Of a stretch of 64,000 bases of DNA, positions 24,290 through 36,127 are shown one piece after another. The position numbers and the translations under genes were made by a program. Every line of letters begins with the position of its first letter. Within the stretch, counting starts at the first letter, position 1. Source of the stretch: Escherichia coli (lineage in GTDB: Bacteria; Pseudomonadota; Gammaproteobacteria; Enterobacterales; Enterobacteriaceae); NCBI RefSeq assembly GCF_050920415.1, contig NZ_CP169309.1. The stretch is one strand, 5' to 3'. The notes under the pieces were generated by a model, which was given only the letters and a program-made list of their open reading frames with translations, was not told the origin of the DNA and ran no database searches.

Positions 24290-25672
24290 TTATAAGTCGT
24301 CGAACACGCTAAGCGCGTCGGAGAGTTTTTTAACGCCAAAAATCTGCATCCCTTCCGGCGCTTTTTTCGGCACGTTGGCTGCCGGAACAATCGCCCGCCG
24401 AAAACCGTGTTTCGCCGCTTCAGAGATTCGTTCCTGGCCACTGGGCACTGGACGGATCTCACCTGCCAGCCCGACTTCACCAAACACCACCAGATCCTGC
24501 GGCAGCGGTCTGTCACGCAGGCTGGAAACCATCGCCAGCAGTAATGCTAAATCGGCACTGGTTTCGGTTACCTTCACGCCACCGACCACGTTCACAAACA
24601 CATCCTGATCGGCCATTTGCAGGCCACCGTGACGGTGAAGCACCGCCAGCAGGATTGCCAGACGGTTTTGCTCCAGCCCTACTGCGACGCGGCGTGGATT
24701 CGCCATCATCGAGTGATCGACCAGCGCCTGGATCTCCACCAGCAGCGGACGCGTTCCTTCCCACACCACCATCACTGAGCTGCCGGAGGTCACTTCATCG
24801 CCGCGACTTAAGAAGATGGCGGAAGGGTTGCTAACTTCACGCAGTCCCTGTTCAGTCATCGCGAAGACGCCCAGCTCATTCACCGCGCCGAAACGGTTTT
24901 TATGACTGCGTAAGGTGCGGAAACGGGAGTCGGCATCGCCGTCCAGAAGCACCGAACAGTCGATACAGTGTTCCAGCACTTTAGGGCCAGCCAGCGAACC
25001 ATCTTTGGTTACGTGCCCCACCATGACAATCGCCACACCGCGCGTTTTGGCGAAGCGCGTCAGATAAGCCGCCGTTTCACGCACCTGTGCCACGCTGCCA
25101 GGCGATGACTGAACATCCGCCATATGCATCACCTGGATGGAGTCAATGACCATCAGCTTCGGTTGCTCTTCTTCGGCAATCAGGCAGATCTGTTCGATGC
25201 TGGTTTCCGACAACATATTGAGATTGTCAGTCGGCAGGCCGAGGCGATGAGCGCGCATTGCCACCTGTTGCAGCGACTCTTCGCCAGTGACATATAGCGT
25301 TTTCATCTGCTGCGCCAGTTTGCACAGCGTTTGCAGTAGCAGCGTGGATTTCCCCGCGCCTGGGTTACCGCCAATCAGAATAGCGCTTCCTGGCACTACG
25401 CCGCCGCCTAATACGCGGTCGAACTCTTTAAATCCGGTGGAAAAACGCGGCAACTCCTCAAGGCTGATATCGGAGAGTTTCTGGACTTTTGCTACCCCGG
25501 CGCTACCGGCATAGCCACTGAGACGCTCGTTACGCGCCACCGTTGGCGACGCAGCAAGACGCACCTCGGTGATGGTGTTCCAGGCATGGCAGGCGCTGCA
25601 CTGCCCCTGCCAGCGCGGATAATCGGCCCCGCATTCATTACAAACAAAGGCGCGTTTTGGAGCTTTTGCCAC
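24290..25672 (-). CDS. radA: DNA repair protein RadA (Sms)
   Basis: ORF 24290-25720 contains RadA starting at the GTG at 25672 (V-AKAPKRAFVCNECGADY; 460 aa) with zinc finger, Walker A and Lon-like C-terminus. Confidence 0.95.
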   Translation of the reverse strand: MAKAPKRAFVCNECGADYPRWQGQCSACHAWNTITEVRLAASPTVARNERLSGYAGSAGVAKVQKLSDISLEELPRFSTGFKEFDRVLGGGVVPGSAILIGGNPGAGKSTLLLQTLCKLAQQMKTLYVTGEESLQQVAMRAHRLGLPTDNLNMLSETSIEQICLIAEEEQPKLMVIDSIQVMHMADVQSSPGSVAQVRETAAYLTRFAKTRGVAIVMVGHVTKDGSLAGPKVLEHCIDCSVLLDGDADSRFRTLRSHKNRFGAVNELGVFAMTEQGLREVSNPSAIFLSRGDEVTSGSSVMVVWEGTRPLLVEIQALVDHSMMANPRRVAVGLEQNRLAILLAVLHRHGGLQMADQDVFVNVVGGVKVTETSADLALLLAMVSSLRDRPLPQDLVVFGEVGLAGEIRPVPSGQERISEAAKHGFRRAIVPAANVPKKAPEGMQIFGVKKLSDALSVFDDL

Positions 25673-25720
25673 GGTGTACCTCGTTAATGCTGTGCCGCCC
25701 GCAGGATGACGGGCGGGCAA

Positions 25721-26689
25721 TTACTTCTGATTCAGGCTGCCAGAGAGGATGCAGAATACCCCCATCAGGTCAGCGTGACGGATGGTGACTTCCGTCTTTT
25801 CATTCACTTTTGGCTTGGCATGGTAGGCAATCCCCAGACCTGCCGCTTTGATCATCGGCAGGTCGTTGGCACCATCGCCAATCGCCACGGTTTGCGCCAG
25901 CGGGATTTCATACTCCTGCGCCAGGCGGGTCAGGGTTTTCGCTTTATACTGAGCGTCTACAATGTCGCCAATCACATTACCGGTAAATTTACCGTCCATG
26001 ATCTCCAGTTCATTGGCTACTACGGCGGTCAGGCGCAGCTTATCGCGCAGGTATTCGGCAAAGAAGGTAAAACCGCCGGAGGCAATCGCCACTTTCCAGC
26101 CCAGCGTTTCCAGCTTGAGTACCAGTTGCGTTAAGCCTGGCATCAGCGGCAGATTTTCACGCACCTGTTGCAGAATATTGGCGTCAGCGCCTTTCAGCGT
26201 TGCCACTCGACTGCGCAAGCTGGCAGCAAAATCGAGTTCGCCGCGCATCGCCCGCTCGGTTACTTCCGCCACCATCTCGCCCGTTCCGGCCAGTTTGGCA
26301 ATTTCGTCAATACATTCAATCTGAATGGCGGTGGAATCCATGTCCATCACCAGCAGACCTGGCGTGCGCAGATGCGGAATTTTCCCCAGCGGCGCGACAT
26401 CCAGTTGTGCTTCATGGGCCAGGCGCGTAGCCCGGGCGGTAAGCGAACCTGCCAGACGAATCACCTGATAATCTTCCACGCACCAGGCGGCAACAATCAC
26501 CATCGCCGCGCCCAGTTTGCTCTGGTATTGGGTCAGACGTTGTTTATCCAGCCCACGACCATACAGCAGCCAGCCGCTACGACCTGCGTGGTAATCCAGT
26601 GGCATCACTTCATCACCACTTAATGAAAGAGGCAGACCAGGCCATAAAGAGACATCTTCAGGCAGGTCGCACCAGGTAATGTTAGGCAT
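25721..26689 (-). CDS. serB: phosphoserine phosphatase
   Basis: ORF 25721-26827 contains the K-12 SerB sequence starting MPNITWCDLPEDVSLWPGLPL at the ATG at 26689 (322 aa). Confidence 0.95.
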   Translation of the reverse strand: MPNITWCDLPEDVSLWPGLPLSLSGDEVMPLDYHAGRSGWLLYGRGLDKQRLTQYQSKLGAAMVIVAAWCVEDYQVIRLAGSLTARATRLAHEAQLDVAPLGKIPHLRTPGLLVMDMDSTAIQIECIDEIAKLAGTGEMVAEVTERAMRGELDFAASLRSRVATLKGADANILQQVRENLPLMPGLTQLVLKLETLGWKVAIASGGFTFFAEYLRDKLRLTAVVANELEIMDGKFTGNVIGDIVDAQYKAKTLTRLAQEYEIPLAQTVAIGDGANDLPMIKAAGLGIAYHAKPKVNEKTEVTIRHADLMGVFCILSGSLNQK

Positions 26690-26794
26690 TAAGGCTCCTG
26701 TAAAATCGTTCGAAGCAGGGAAAATAACGCATGAGGCTACCTTGTATCCATTGCTTCTGGCAACATTAAGTCTCAAATTTTCAAAGGGTGGAAG

Positions 26795-27439
26795 ATGGCT
26801 CGCACAAAACTGAAATTCCGGCTGCATCGGGCAGTGATTGTCCTGTTCTGTCTTGCCTTGTTAGTGGCGCTGATGCAGGGGGCATCATGGTTTAGTCAAA
26901 ACCACCAGCGACAGCGTAATCCGCAGCTGGAAGAACTGGCCCGCACCCTGGCGCGGCAGGTGACGCTGAACGTTGCGCCGCTGATGCGTACCGACTCGCC
27001 GGATGAAAAACGTATTCAGGCGATCCTCGATCAGTTAACGGATGAAAGCCGCATCCTCGACGCGGGCGTGTATGACGAACAAGGCGATCTTATCGCCCGT
27101 TCTGGCGAAAGCGTCGAAGTGCGTGACCGGCTGGCGCTCGACGGTAAAAAAGCGGGCGGCTATTTTAACCAGCAGATTGTCGAACCCATTGCAGGGAAAA
27201 ATGGTCCGCTTGGCTATCTGCGCCTGACGCTCGACACCCATACGCTCGCCACCGAAGCTCAACAGGTGGATAACACCACTAACATTTTACGCCTGATGTT
27301 GTTGCTCTCGCTGGCAATCGGCGTAGTGCTGACCCGCACGCTGCTACAGGGTAAACGCACCCGCTGGCAGCAATCCCCCTTCCTGTTAACCGCCAGCAAA
27401 CCGGTGCCGGAAGAGGAAGAAAGCGAGAAAAAAGAGTGA
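26795..27439 (+). CDS. ytjB: inner membrane protein YtjB (Smp)
   Basis: 214-aa ORF matching K-12 YtjB/Smp. Confidence 0.9.
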   Translation: MARTKLKFRLHRAVIVLFCLALLVALMQGASWFSQNHQRQRNPQLEELARTLARQVTLNVAPLMRTDSPDEKRIQAILDQLTDESRILDAGVYDEQGDLIARSGESVEVRDRLALDGKKAGGYFNQQIVEPIAGKNGPLGYLRLTLDTHTLATEAQQVDNTTNILRLMLLLSLAIGVVLTRTLLQGKRTRWQQSPFLLTASKPVPEEEESEKKE

Positions 27440-27466
27440 CCCATTACTACAAGAAAGGAAATCGTT

Positions 27467-28483
27467 ATGTCCACATTACGCCTGCTCATCTCTGACTCTT
27501 ACGACCCGTGGTTTAACCTGGCGGTAGAGGAGTGTATTTTTCGCCAGATGCCCGCCACGCAGCGCGTTTTGTTTCTCTGGCGCAATGCCGACACGGTAGT
27601 GATTGGTCGCGCGCAGAACCCGTGGAAAGAGTGTAATACCCGGCGGATGGAAGAAGATAACGTTCGCCTGGCACGGCGCAGTAGCGGTGGCGGCGCGGTG
27701 TTCCACGATCTCGGCAATACCTGTTTTACCTTCATGGCTGGCAAGCCGGAATACGATAAAACGATCTCCACCTCGATTGTGCTCAATGCACTGAACGCGC
27801 TCGGTGTCAGCGCCGAAGCGTCCGGACGTAACGATTTGGTGGTGAAAACCGCCGAAGGCGACCGTAAAGTCTCAGGCTCGGCCTATCGCGAAACCAAAGA
27901 TCGTGGCTTCCATCACGGCACCTTGCTACTCAATGCCGACCTTAGCCGCCTGGCAAACTATCTCAACCCGGATAAAAAGAAACTGGCGGCGAAAGGCATT
28001 ACGTCGGTACGTTCCCGCGTGACCAATCTGACCGAATTGCTGCCGGGAATTACCCATGAGCAGGTTTGCGAGGCCATATCCGAAGCCTTTTTCGCCCATT
28101 ATGGCGAGCGTGTAGAAGCGGAAATTATCTCCCCGGACAAAACGCCGGACTTGCCGAACTTCGCCGAAACCTTTGCCCGCCAGAGTAGCTGGGAATGGAA
28201 TTTCGGACAGGCTCCAGCGTTCTCGCATCTGCTGGATGAACGCTTTACCTGGGGCGGCGTAGAACTGCATTTCGACGTCGAAAAAGGCCATATCACCCGC
28301 GCCCAGGTGTTTACCGATAGCCTCAACCCCGCACCTCTGGAAGCTCTCGCCGGACGACTGCAAGGCTGCCTGTACCGCGCGGACATGCTGCAACAAGAGT
28401 GTGAAGCGCTGTTGGTTGACTTCCCTGAACAGGAAAAAGAGCTACGGGAGTTGTCGACGTGGATAGCGGGAGCGGTACGGTAA
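27467..28483 (+). CDS. lplA: lipoate-protein ligase A
   Basis: 338-aa ORF matching K-12 LplA. Confidence 0.95.
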   Translation: MSTLRLLISDSYDPWFNLAVEECIFRQMPATQRVLFLWRNADTVVIGRAQNPWKECNTRRMEEDNVRLARRSSGGGAVFHDLGNTCFTFMAGKPEYDKTISTSIVLNALNALGVSAEASGRNDLVVKTAEGDRKVSGSAYRETKDRGFHHGTLLLNADLSRLANYLNPDKKKLAAKGITSVRSRVTNLTELLPGITHEQVCEAISEAFFAHYGERVEAEIISPDKTPDLPNFAETFARQSSWEWNFGQAPAFSHLLDERFTWGGVELHFDVEKGHITRAQVFTDSLNPAPLEALAGRLQGCLYRADMLQQECEALLVDFPEQEKELRELSTWIAGAVR

Positions 28484-28514
28484 CTCGCTGATTAAAATAT
28501 CCAGGGAAGGAAAT

Positions 28515-28778
28515 ATGATCGATCTGAAGAACCAGGAACGGGAGATTATCAATTTAATGTTCAGCCAGGGTATATCCTGGCTAACCGCCGTGCGTATCAG
28601 GCATAAACTATCACTTGCTGAAGTTAGTAAAATGTTGGGTATCTCGATTAATTCTCTAAAACAAATCGAAAAGACGGAACGGCTTAGTTCAAACATCAAA
28701 AACAAAATGGCAGGAATTTATGGTTGTCCGCCAGAGTTGCTGATATGCCCTTACTGGATGACGGCTGAACATAAATGA
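28515..28778 (+). CDS. hypothetical XRE-type HTH protein (87 aa), strain-specific
   Basis: ORF with a good ribosome-binding site (ggaaggaaatATG) directly after lplA; predicted HTH segment LSLAEVSKMLGISINSLKQIEK; lies in an AT-rich segment at the position where K-12 carries yjjJ on the opposite strand. Confidence 0.5.
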   Translation: MIDLKNQEREIINLMFSQGISWLTAVRIRHKLSLAEVSKMLGISINSLKQIEKTERLSSNIKNKMAGIYGCPPELLICPYWMTAEHK

Positions 28779-28787
28779 ATAGTTTCG

Positions 28788-28876
28788 TGAATAGATACTC
28801 GAATGGATTTAATTTTCTATCCATATGAAAAATAATAGTAAATCTATAAATCAGTCGCTATTGATGAATAGATACT
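28788..28876. repeat. two exact copies of the 12-mer TGAATAGATACT in an AT-rich spacer
   Basis: TGAATAGATACT at 28788-28799 and 28865-28876; a third partial copy TGAATAG at about 28775. Confidence 0.5.
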
Positions 28877-28906
28877 AAAAAGCCGGAGCGGTCTCCCGCT
28901 CCGGCT
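28877..28906 (-). terminator. intrinsic terminator downstream of deoD (end of the deo operon)
   Basis: agccggagcgg-tctc-ccgctccggct hairpin; on the minus strand it is followed by TTTT, 30 bp after the deoD stop. Confidence 0.7.
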
Positions 28907-28938
28907 TCACACGACAATCGCCTTTCAGCGAAACACAA

Positions 28939-29658
28939 TTACTCTTTATCGCCCAGCAGAACGGATTCCAGTGCGATTTTGATCATGTCGTTGAAGGTAG
29001 TCTGACGCTCAGCGGCAGTGGTCTGCTCGTGCGTGCGGATATGGTCAGATACGGTGCAGATGGTCAGGGCTTTCGCGCCGAATTCTGCAGCGACGCCGTA
29101 GATACCAGCCGCTTCCATTTCCACACCGAGGATGCCGTATTTTTCCATCACGTCGAACATTTCGCCGTCCGGAGAGTAGAACAGGTCAGCGGAGAACAGG
29201 TTACCAACGCGAGCATCAATGCCCAGTGCTTTAGCTGCATCCACTGCGTTACGCACCATGTCGAAGTCAGCGATAGCGGCAAAGTCATGGTCTTTAAAAC
29301 GGATGCGGTTAACTTTGGAATCGGTGCAGGCACCCATACCAATCACTACGTCACGCAGTTTTACGTGCGGCAGAACTGCACCACAGGAACCAACGCGAAT
29401 GATTTTCTTCACGCCGAAATCGGTGATCAGTTCTTTAGTGTAGATGGAGCAGGACGGGATACCCATACCGTGGCCCATTACAGAAATTTTGCGGCCTTTG
29501 TAAGTACCGGTGAAGCCCAGCATACCGCGAACGTTGTTCACTTCACGAGCATCTTCAAGGAAAGTTTCAGCAATATACTTCGCACGCAGCGGGTCGCCTG
29601 GCATCAAAACTACGTCAGCGAAATCGCCCATTTCTGCATTAATGTGTGGAGTAGCCAT
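28939..29658 (-). CDS. deoD: purine nucleoside phosphorylase DeoD
   Basis: ORF 28939-29715 contains the K-12 DeoD sequence starting [23 protein letters not shown] at the ATG at 29658 (239 aa). Confidence 0.95.
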
Positions 29659-29714
29659 CATTTTATCCTTTTTGTGACATATTAAAGGCGGAGTCACTGC
29701 TCCGCCCAAATCCA

Positions 29715-30959
<1,245 letters not shown>

Positions 30960-30989
30960 TCAAATTTAAATGATCAGATCAGTATACCG

Positions 30990-32312
30990 TTATTCGCTGA
31001 TACGGCGATAGACAGTTGGTGTGCTTTCCGGTGCTTTATCGGCAAGTTTAATTGCCGCTTTCACCGCTTTCGCCGCTTCCTGCCAGCTGTTTTCGTCTTT
31101 CGCGTGGATAACCGCCAGCGGACGCTGACCGTCTACCTGGTCGCCCAGACGCGCCATATCAGTAAAGCCGACGCTGTAATCGATGGTGTCAGATGCCTGA
31201 CGGCGACCGCCGCCCATTGCAACCACTGCCATTCCCAGCGCGCGGGTATCCATTTCACTGACAAAACCTTCGGTATCAGCATAGACTGCTTTCGTCAGCA
31301 TCGCTGTCGGCAGATACTTCGCGTAGTTCTCAACGAAGTCGGTCGGGCCTTTTTGTGCCGCTACCATACGACCAAAGACTTCTGCCGCTTTACCGTTGTC
31401 CAGTACCGCCTGCAATTTCGCGCGCGCTTCGGCGTCATCTTTCGCCAGTTTGCCGGAGATCAACATCTCCACGCACAGTGCCATCGTGACATCAAACAGA
31501 CGCGGGTTACGATACTCACCAGTCAGGAACTGCACCGCTTCACGAACTTCAACCGCGTTACCTGCACTGGAGGCCAGCACCTGATTCATATCGGTGAGCA
31601 GCGCGGTGGTGCGCACGCCAGCGCCGTTAGCCACGCCAACAATCGCTTCGGCAAGGGCTTCAGAGAGTTCGTAGGTCGGCATAAACGCGCCGCTACCGAC
31701 TTTCACGTCCATCACCAGCGCGTCCAGACCTTCCGCCAGTTTCTTCGCCAGGATCGAGGCAGTGATCAGCGGGATGGAATCCACGGTTGCGGTAATATCG
31801 CGGGTCGCATAGAAACGTTTATCCGCCGGAGCCAGTGAACTGGTCTGGCCAATAATCGCCACGCCAACATCTTTAATAATTTCGCGGAAACGGTTGTCAT
31901 CTGGGAAGATGTCGAAGCCAGGGATGGATTCCAGTTTGTCGAGCGTACCGCCAGTATGGCCGAGGCCGCGACCGGAGATCATCGGAATATAGCCGCCGCA
32001 GGCTGCGACCATTGGCCCCAACATCAGCGAAGTCACATCGCCGACGCCGCCGGTCGAGTGTTTATCAACAATCGGGCCATTCAGATGCAGGCTTTTCCAG
32101 TCGAGAACGGTTCCTGAATCTCGCATCGCCATCGTCAGCGAGACACGCTCCGGCATTGTCATATCGTGGAAGAAAATGGTCATCGCGAGGGCGGCAATCT
32201 GCCCTTCGGAGATAGTGTTGTCGCGAATACCGTTGATAAAGAAGCGAATTTCTTCATCGCTCAGCGCATGACCATCACGTTTTTTACGAATAATTTCTTG
32301 TGCGAGAAACAA
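30990..32312 (-). CDS. deoA: thymidine phosphorylase
   Basis: 440-aa ORF matching K-12 DeoA. Confidence 0.95.
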
Positions 32313-32417
32313 GGTAACCTCCCGTGGAATAAGTTTGAAGGCGTTGTTGCCAGATGGCGGATGTTGTTATTGCCTGATGCTGACCGCTTCTTATCCTGCC
32401 TACACGGCAATCGTCCC

Positions 32418-32452
32418 GTAGGCCGGATAAGGCGTTCGCGCCGCATCCGGCA
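32418..32452. repeat. REP element in the deoC-deoA intergenic region
   Basis: gtaggccggataaggcgttcgcgccgcatccggca, an imperfect REP palindrome. Confidence 0.6.
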
Positions 32453-32475
32453 TCCACCCTCTGGCAAAAGGCAGC

Positions 32476-33255
32476 TTAGTAGCTGCTGGCGCTCTTACCG
32501 TCGCCGTGGCCCAGCGCTTTCAGCAGGCTTGCCAGCAGGCTGGAAGCACCAAAGCGGTAGTGACGCGCATCAGCCCAGTCAGCACCGAACAGTTCATCTG
32601 CGATGGCAAGATATTTCTGCGCATCTTCCGCAGTACGCACGCCGCCCGCCGGTTTGAAACCAACGGTTTTTTCTACGCCCATGTCGCGAATCACTTCCAT
32701 CATGATGCGCGCGCTTTCCGGCGTCGCATTCACAGCCACTTTACCGGTAGAGGTTTTGATGAAATCAGCACCCGCTTTGATGGATATTTCAGACGCTTTG
32801 CGGATCAGCGCTTCGTCTTTCAGTTCGCCGGTTTCGATGATCACTTTCAGCAGTACATTCGCTGCCGCGCAAGCCTCTTTACAGGCTTTCACCAGGTCAA
32901 AACCTACCTGCTCGTTACCCGCCATCAGCGCACGGTACGGGAACACCACATCAACTTCATCGGCACCGTAGGCGATTGCCGCGCGGGTTTCGGCCAGCGC
33001 GATTTCGATATCGTCGTTACCGTGTGGGAAGTTGGTTACCGTAGCGATACGGATTTCCGGGGTACCCTGCTCTTTCAGCGTTTTGCGAGCAATTGGGATA
33101 AAGCGAGGATAGATACAGATAGCGGCGGTATTGCCGACCGGAGTTTTGGCCTGATGACACAGGGCGATCACTTTCTCGTCGGTGTCGTCGTCATTCAGGG
33201 TGGTCAGGTCCATCAATTTCAGTGCACGCAGGCTGCTTGCTTTCAGATCAGTCAT
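32476..33255 (-). CDS. deoC: deoxyribose-phosphate aldolase
   Basis: ORF 32476-33279 contains the K-12 DeoC sequence starting [29 protein letters not shown] at the ATG at 33255 (259 aa). Confidence 0.95.
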
Positions 33256-33299
33256 TTCATTCTCCTGGCTTGTCGCCAATAAAATTCACCTTGCGAGTT

Positions 33300-33315
33300 T
33301 GTTAGTATTCTAACA
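33300..33315 (-). promoter_or_regulatory. DeoR operator O2 at the proximal deo promoter (deoP2)
   Basis: 16-bp near-palindrome tgttagtattctaaca (TGTTAGAATACTAACA on the deoC strand) 45 bp upstream of the deoC ATG. Confidence 0.7.
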
Positions 33316-33513
33316 TCGACTCCGCAACACACTTCGATATACATCACAATTAAGGAAATCTACTTACAAAATTGCATTACTGTAATGCGATCTGGTTCAA
33401 ATAATTCACTTTCAAATGAATGCGTCAGTGGTGGCAAACGCATCAGGATCAAAGTGAACATCACGAAACTTCTTACAATGGCGCATCACCTTCGGCATAA
33501 AAAGGAACAGAAG

Positions 33514-35064
33514 ATGCCCACTTCTCATGAAAATGCACTGCAACAACGTTGCCAGCAAATTGTCACCAGCTCAGTACTTAGCCCGGAGCAGAAGCGCCAT
33601 TTTCTGGCGCTGGAAGCAGAAAACAATCTGCCTTACCCACAGCTTCCTGCCGAAGCCCGCCGCGCGCTGGATGAAGGTGTAATCTGCGATATGTTTGAAG
33701 GTCATGCGCCGTATAAACCGCGCTATGTCTTACCCGATTACGCCCGTTTTTTGGCCAACGGTTCCGAATGGCTGGAGCTGGAAGGCGCAAAAGATCTTGA
33801 TGACGCACTCTCTCTGCTGACCATTCTTTACCACCACGTTCCTTCGGTCACATCGATGCCGGTCTACCTGGGGCAACTGGATGCGTTGTTGCAACCGTAT
33901 GTTAGAATTCTAACACAAGACGAGATCGATATTCGAATAAAACGTTTCTGGCGTTACCTCGACAGAACCCTGCCAGACGCCTTTATGCACGCCAATATTG
34001 GCCCATCTGATTCACCCATTACCCGTGCGATTTTACGCGCAGACGCAGAGCTGAAGCAGGTTTCACCGAACCTGACTTTTATCTACGATCCTGAAATCAC
34101 CCCTGATGACCTGCTGCTGGAAGTGGCGAAAAACATCTGTGAATGTAGCAAACCGCACATCGCCAACGGTCCCGTGCATGATAAAATTTTCACAAAAGGG
34201 AGCTACGGGATTGTGAGCTGTTACAACTCACTGCCGTTAGCGGGTGGTGGCAGTACGCTGGTACGCCTCAACCTGAAAGCCATTGCCGAGCGCAGTGAAT
34301 CGCTGGATGACTTCTTTACGCGCACTCTACCGCACTACTGCCAGCAGCAAATCGCCATCATCGATGCGCGGTGTGAATTCCTCTATCAACAATCACACTT
34401 CTTTGAGAATAGCTTCCTGGTGAAAGAAGGGCTGATTAACCCTGAACGTTTTGTGCCAATGTTTGGCATGTATGGGCTGGCGGAAGCGGTTAACTTGCTG
34501 TGTGAAAAAGAAGGAATTGCCGCACGTTACGGTAAAGAAGCCGCCGCAAATGAAGTGGGTTATCGCATTAGCGCGCAACTGGCGGAGTTTGTCGCCAATA
34601 CCCCCGTGAAATATGGCTGGCAAAAACGCGCCATGTTACACGCACAGTCGGGGATAAGTTCCGATATCGGCACCACGCCGGGCGCGCGTTTGCCGTATGG
34701 CGATGAGCCAGATCCGATCACCCATCTGCAAACTGTCGCCCCGCATCATGCTTATTATTATTCCGGCATCAGCGACATTTTGACGCTCGACGAAACCATC
34801 AAACGTAATCCGCAGGCGCTGGTACAGCTTTGCCTCGGTGCCTTTAAAGCCGGAATGCGTGAATTTACCGCCAATGTCAGCGGTAACGATCTGGTTCGCG
34901 TTACCGGTTATATGGTGCGTTTGTCGGATTTAGAAAAATATCGTGCCGAAGGTTCACGTACCAATACCACCTGGCTGGGAGAAGAAGCCGCACGCAACAC
35001 TCGTATTCTGGAACGCCAGCCGCGCGTTATAAGCCATGAACAGCAGATGCGCTTTAGTCAGTAA
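33514..35064 (+). CDS. yjjI: glycyl-radical-enzyme-like protein YjjI (DUF3029)
   Basis: ORF 33385-35064 contains the K-12 YjjI sequence starting [17 protein letters not shown] at the ATG at 33514 (516 aa). Confidence 0.93.
   Translation: MPTSHENALQQRCQQIVTSSVLSPEQKRHFLALEAENNLPYPQLPAEARRALDEGVICDMFEGHAPYKPRYVLPDYARFLANGSEWLELEGAKDLDDALSLLTILYHHVPSVTSMPVYLGQLDALLQPYVRILTQDEIDIRIKRFWRYLDRTLPDAFMHANIGPSDSPITRAILRADAELKQVSPNLTFIYDPEITPDDLLLEVAKNICECSKPHIANGPVHDKIFTKGSYGIVSCYNSLPLAGGGSTLVRLNLKAIAERSESLDDFFTRTLPHYCQQQIAIIDARCEFLYQQSHFFENSFLVKEGLINPERFVPMFGMYGLAEAVNLLCEKEGIAARYGKEAAANEVGYRISAQLAEFVANTPVKYGWQKRAMLHAQSGISSDIGTTPGARLPYGDEPDPITHLQTVAPHHAYYYSGISDILTLDETIKRNPQALVQLCLGAFKAGMREFTANVSGNDLVRVTGYMVRLSDLEKYRAEGSRTNTTWLGEEAARNTRILERQPRVISHEQQMRFSQ
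33900..33915 (-). promoter_or_regulatory. DeoR operator O1 at the distal deo promoter (deoP1), located inside the yjjI coding sequence
   Basis: Perfect 16-bp palindrome TGTTAGAATTCTAACA exactly 600 bp upstream of O2, matching the roughly 600-bp O1-O2 spacing I recall for the deo operon. Confidence 0.7.
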
Positions 35065-35899
35065 GATTATCCCCTTCTCCTGCGTTGACGGGCCAGGCAG
35101 TCGTCTGGCTCTGTTTTTACAGGGCTGCAATCTGCGCTGCAAAAACTGTCACAATCCGTGGACGATGGGGCGCTGTAATGATTGCGGTAAGTGCGTGCCA
35201 CAGTGTCCGCATCAGGCGTTGCAGATTATTAACAGCAAAGTAGTGTGGAACGCAGCCGTCTGCGAGCAGTGTGATACCTGTCTGAAGATGTGTCCGCAAC
35301 ATGCCACGCCGATGGCGCAATCCATGAGCGTGGATGAGGTGCTTAGACATATCCGCAAAGCGGTGCTGTTTATCGAAGGGATAACGGTAAGCGGCGGCGA
35401 AGCCACGACCCAGCTGCCGTTTGTGGTGGCGCTGTTTACTGCCATCAAAAACGATCCGCAACTGTGCCATCTCACCTGTCTGGTGGACAGTAACGGCATG
35501 TTGAGCGAAACCGGCTGGGAAAAATTACTCCCAGTGTGCGACGGCGCGATGCTCGACCTCAAAGCGTGGGGTGGCGCGTGCCATCAACAGCTAACCGGAC
35601 GCGATAATCAGCAGATCAAGCGCAGCATTAGTCTGCTTGCCGAGCGCGGCAAACTGGCAGAACTGCGTTTGCTGGTAATCCCAGGCCACGTGGATTATTT
35701 GCAGCATATCGATGAGCTGGCGGCGTTTATCAAGGGTCTTGGCGATGTTCCGGTACGCCTGAACGCGTTTCATGCTCACGGCGTGTATGGCGAGGCGCAA
35801 AGCTGGGCGAGCGCCACGCCGGAAGACGTTGAGCAATTGGCTGATGCGTTACGGGAGCACGGGGTGAGCCGATTAATATTTCCGGCGCTGTATTTGTGA
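35036..35899 (+). CDS. yjjW: glycyl-radical enzyme activating protein (radical SAM) YjjW
   Basis: 287-aa ORF with CxxxCxxC radical-SAM and ferredoxin-like Cys clusters, matching K-12 YjjW; overlaps the yjjI 3' end. Confidence 0.93.
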   Translation: MNSRCALVSKIIPFSCVDGPGSRLALFLQGCNLRCKNCHNPWTMGRCNDCGKCVPQCPHQALQIINSKVVWNAAVCEQCDTCLKMCPQHATPMAQSMSVDEVLRHIRKAVLFIEGITVSGGEATTQLPFVVALFTAIKNDPQLCHLTCLVDSNGMLSETGWEKLLPVCDGAMLDLKAWGGACHQQLTGRDNQQIKRSISLLAERGKLAELRLLVIPGHVDYLQHIDELAAFIKGLGDVPVRLNAFHAHGVYGEAQSWASATPEDVEQLADALREHGVSRLIFPALYL

Positions 35900-35915
35900 C
35901 ATGGCGGATGCAGCC

Positions 35916-36114
35916 TACGGTTCGGCACAGACCTGTAGGCATGATAAGACGCGTCAGCGTCGCATCAGGCATTGTGCGTCGACTGCCGGATGCGGTGTGA
36001 CGCCTTATCCGGCTTACGGTTCGGCACAGACTTGTAGGCATGATAAGACGCGTCAGCGTCGCATCAGGCATTGTGCGTCGACTGCCGGATGCGGTGTGAA
36101 CGCCTTATCCGGCT
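35916..36114. repeat. BIME: tandem duplication of an approximately 99-bp unit, each unit containing two REP-type palindromes
   Basis: Unit tacggttcggcacagacctgtaggcatgataagacgcgtcagcgtcgcatcaggcattgtgcgtcgactgccggatgcggtgtgacgccttatccggct at 35916-36014, repeated at 36015-36114 with 2 differences. Confidence 0.8.
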
Positions 36115-36127
36115 TACGAAGGGCAGA

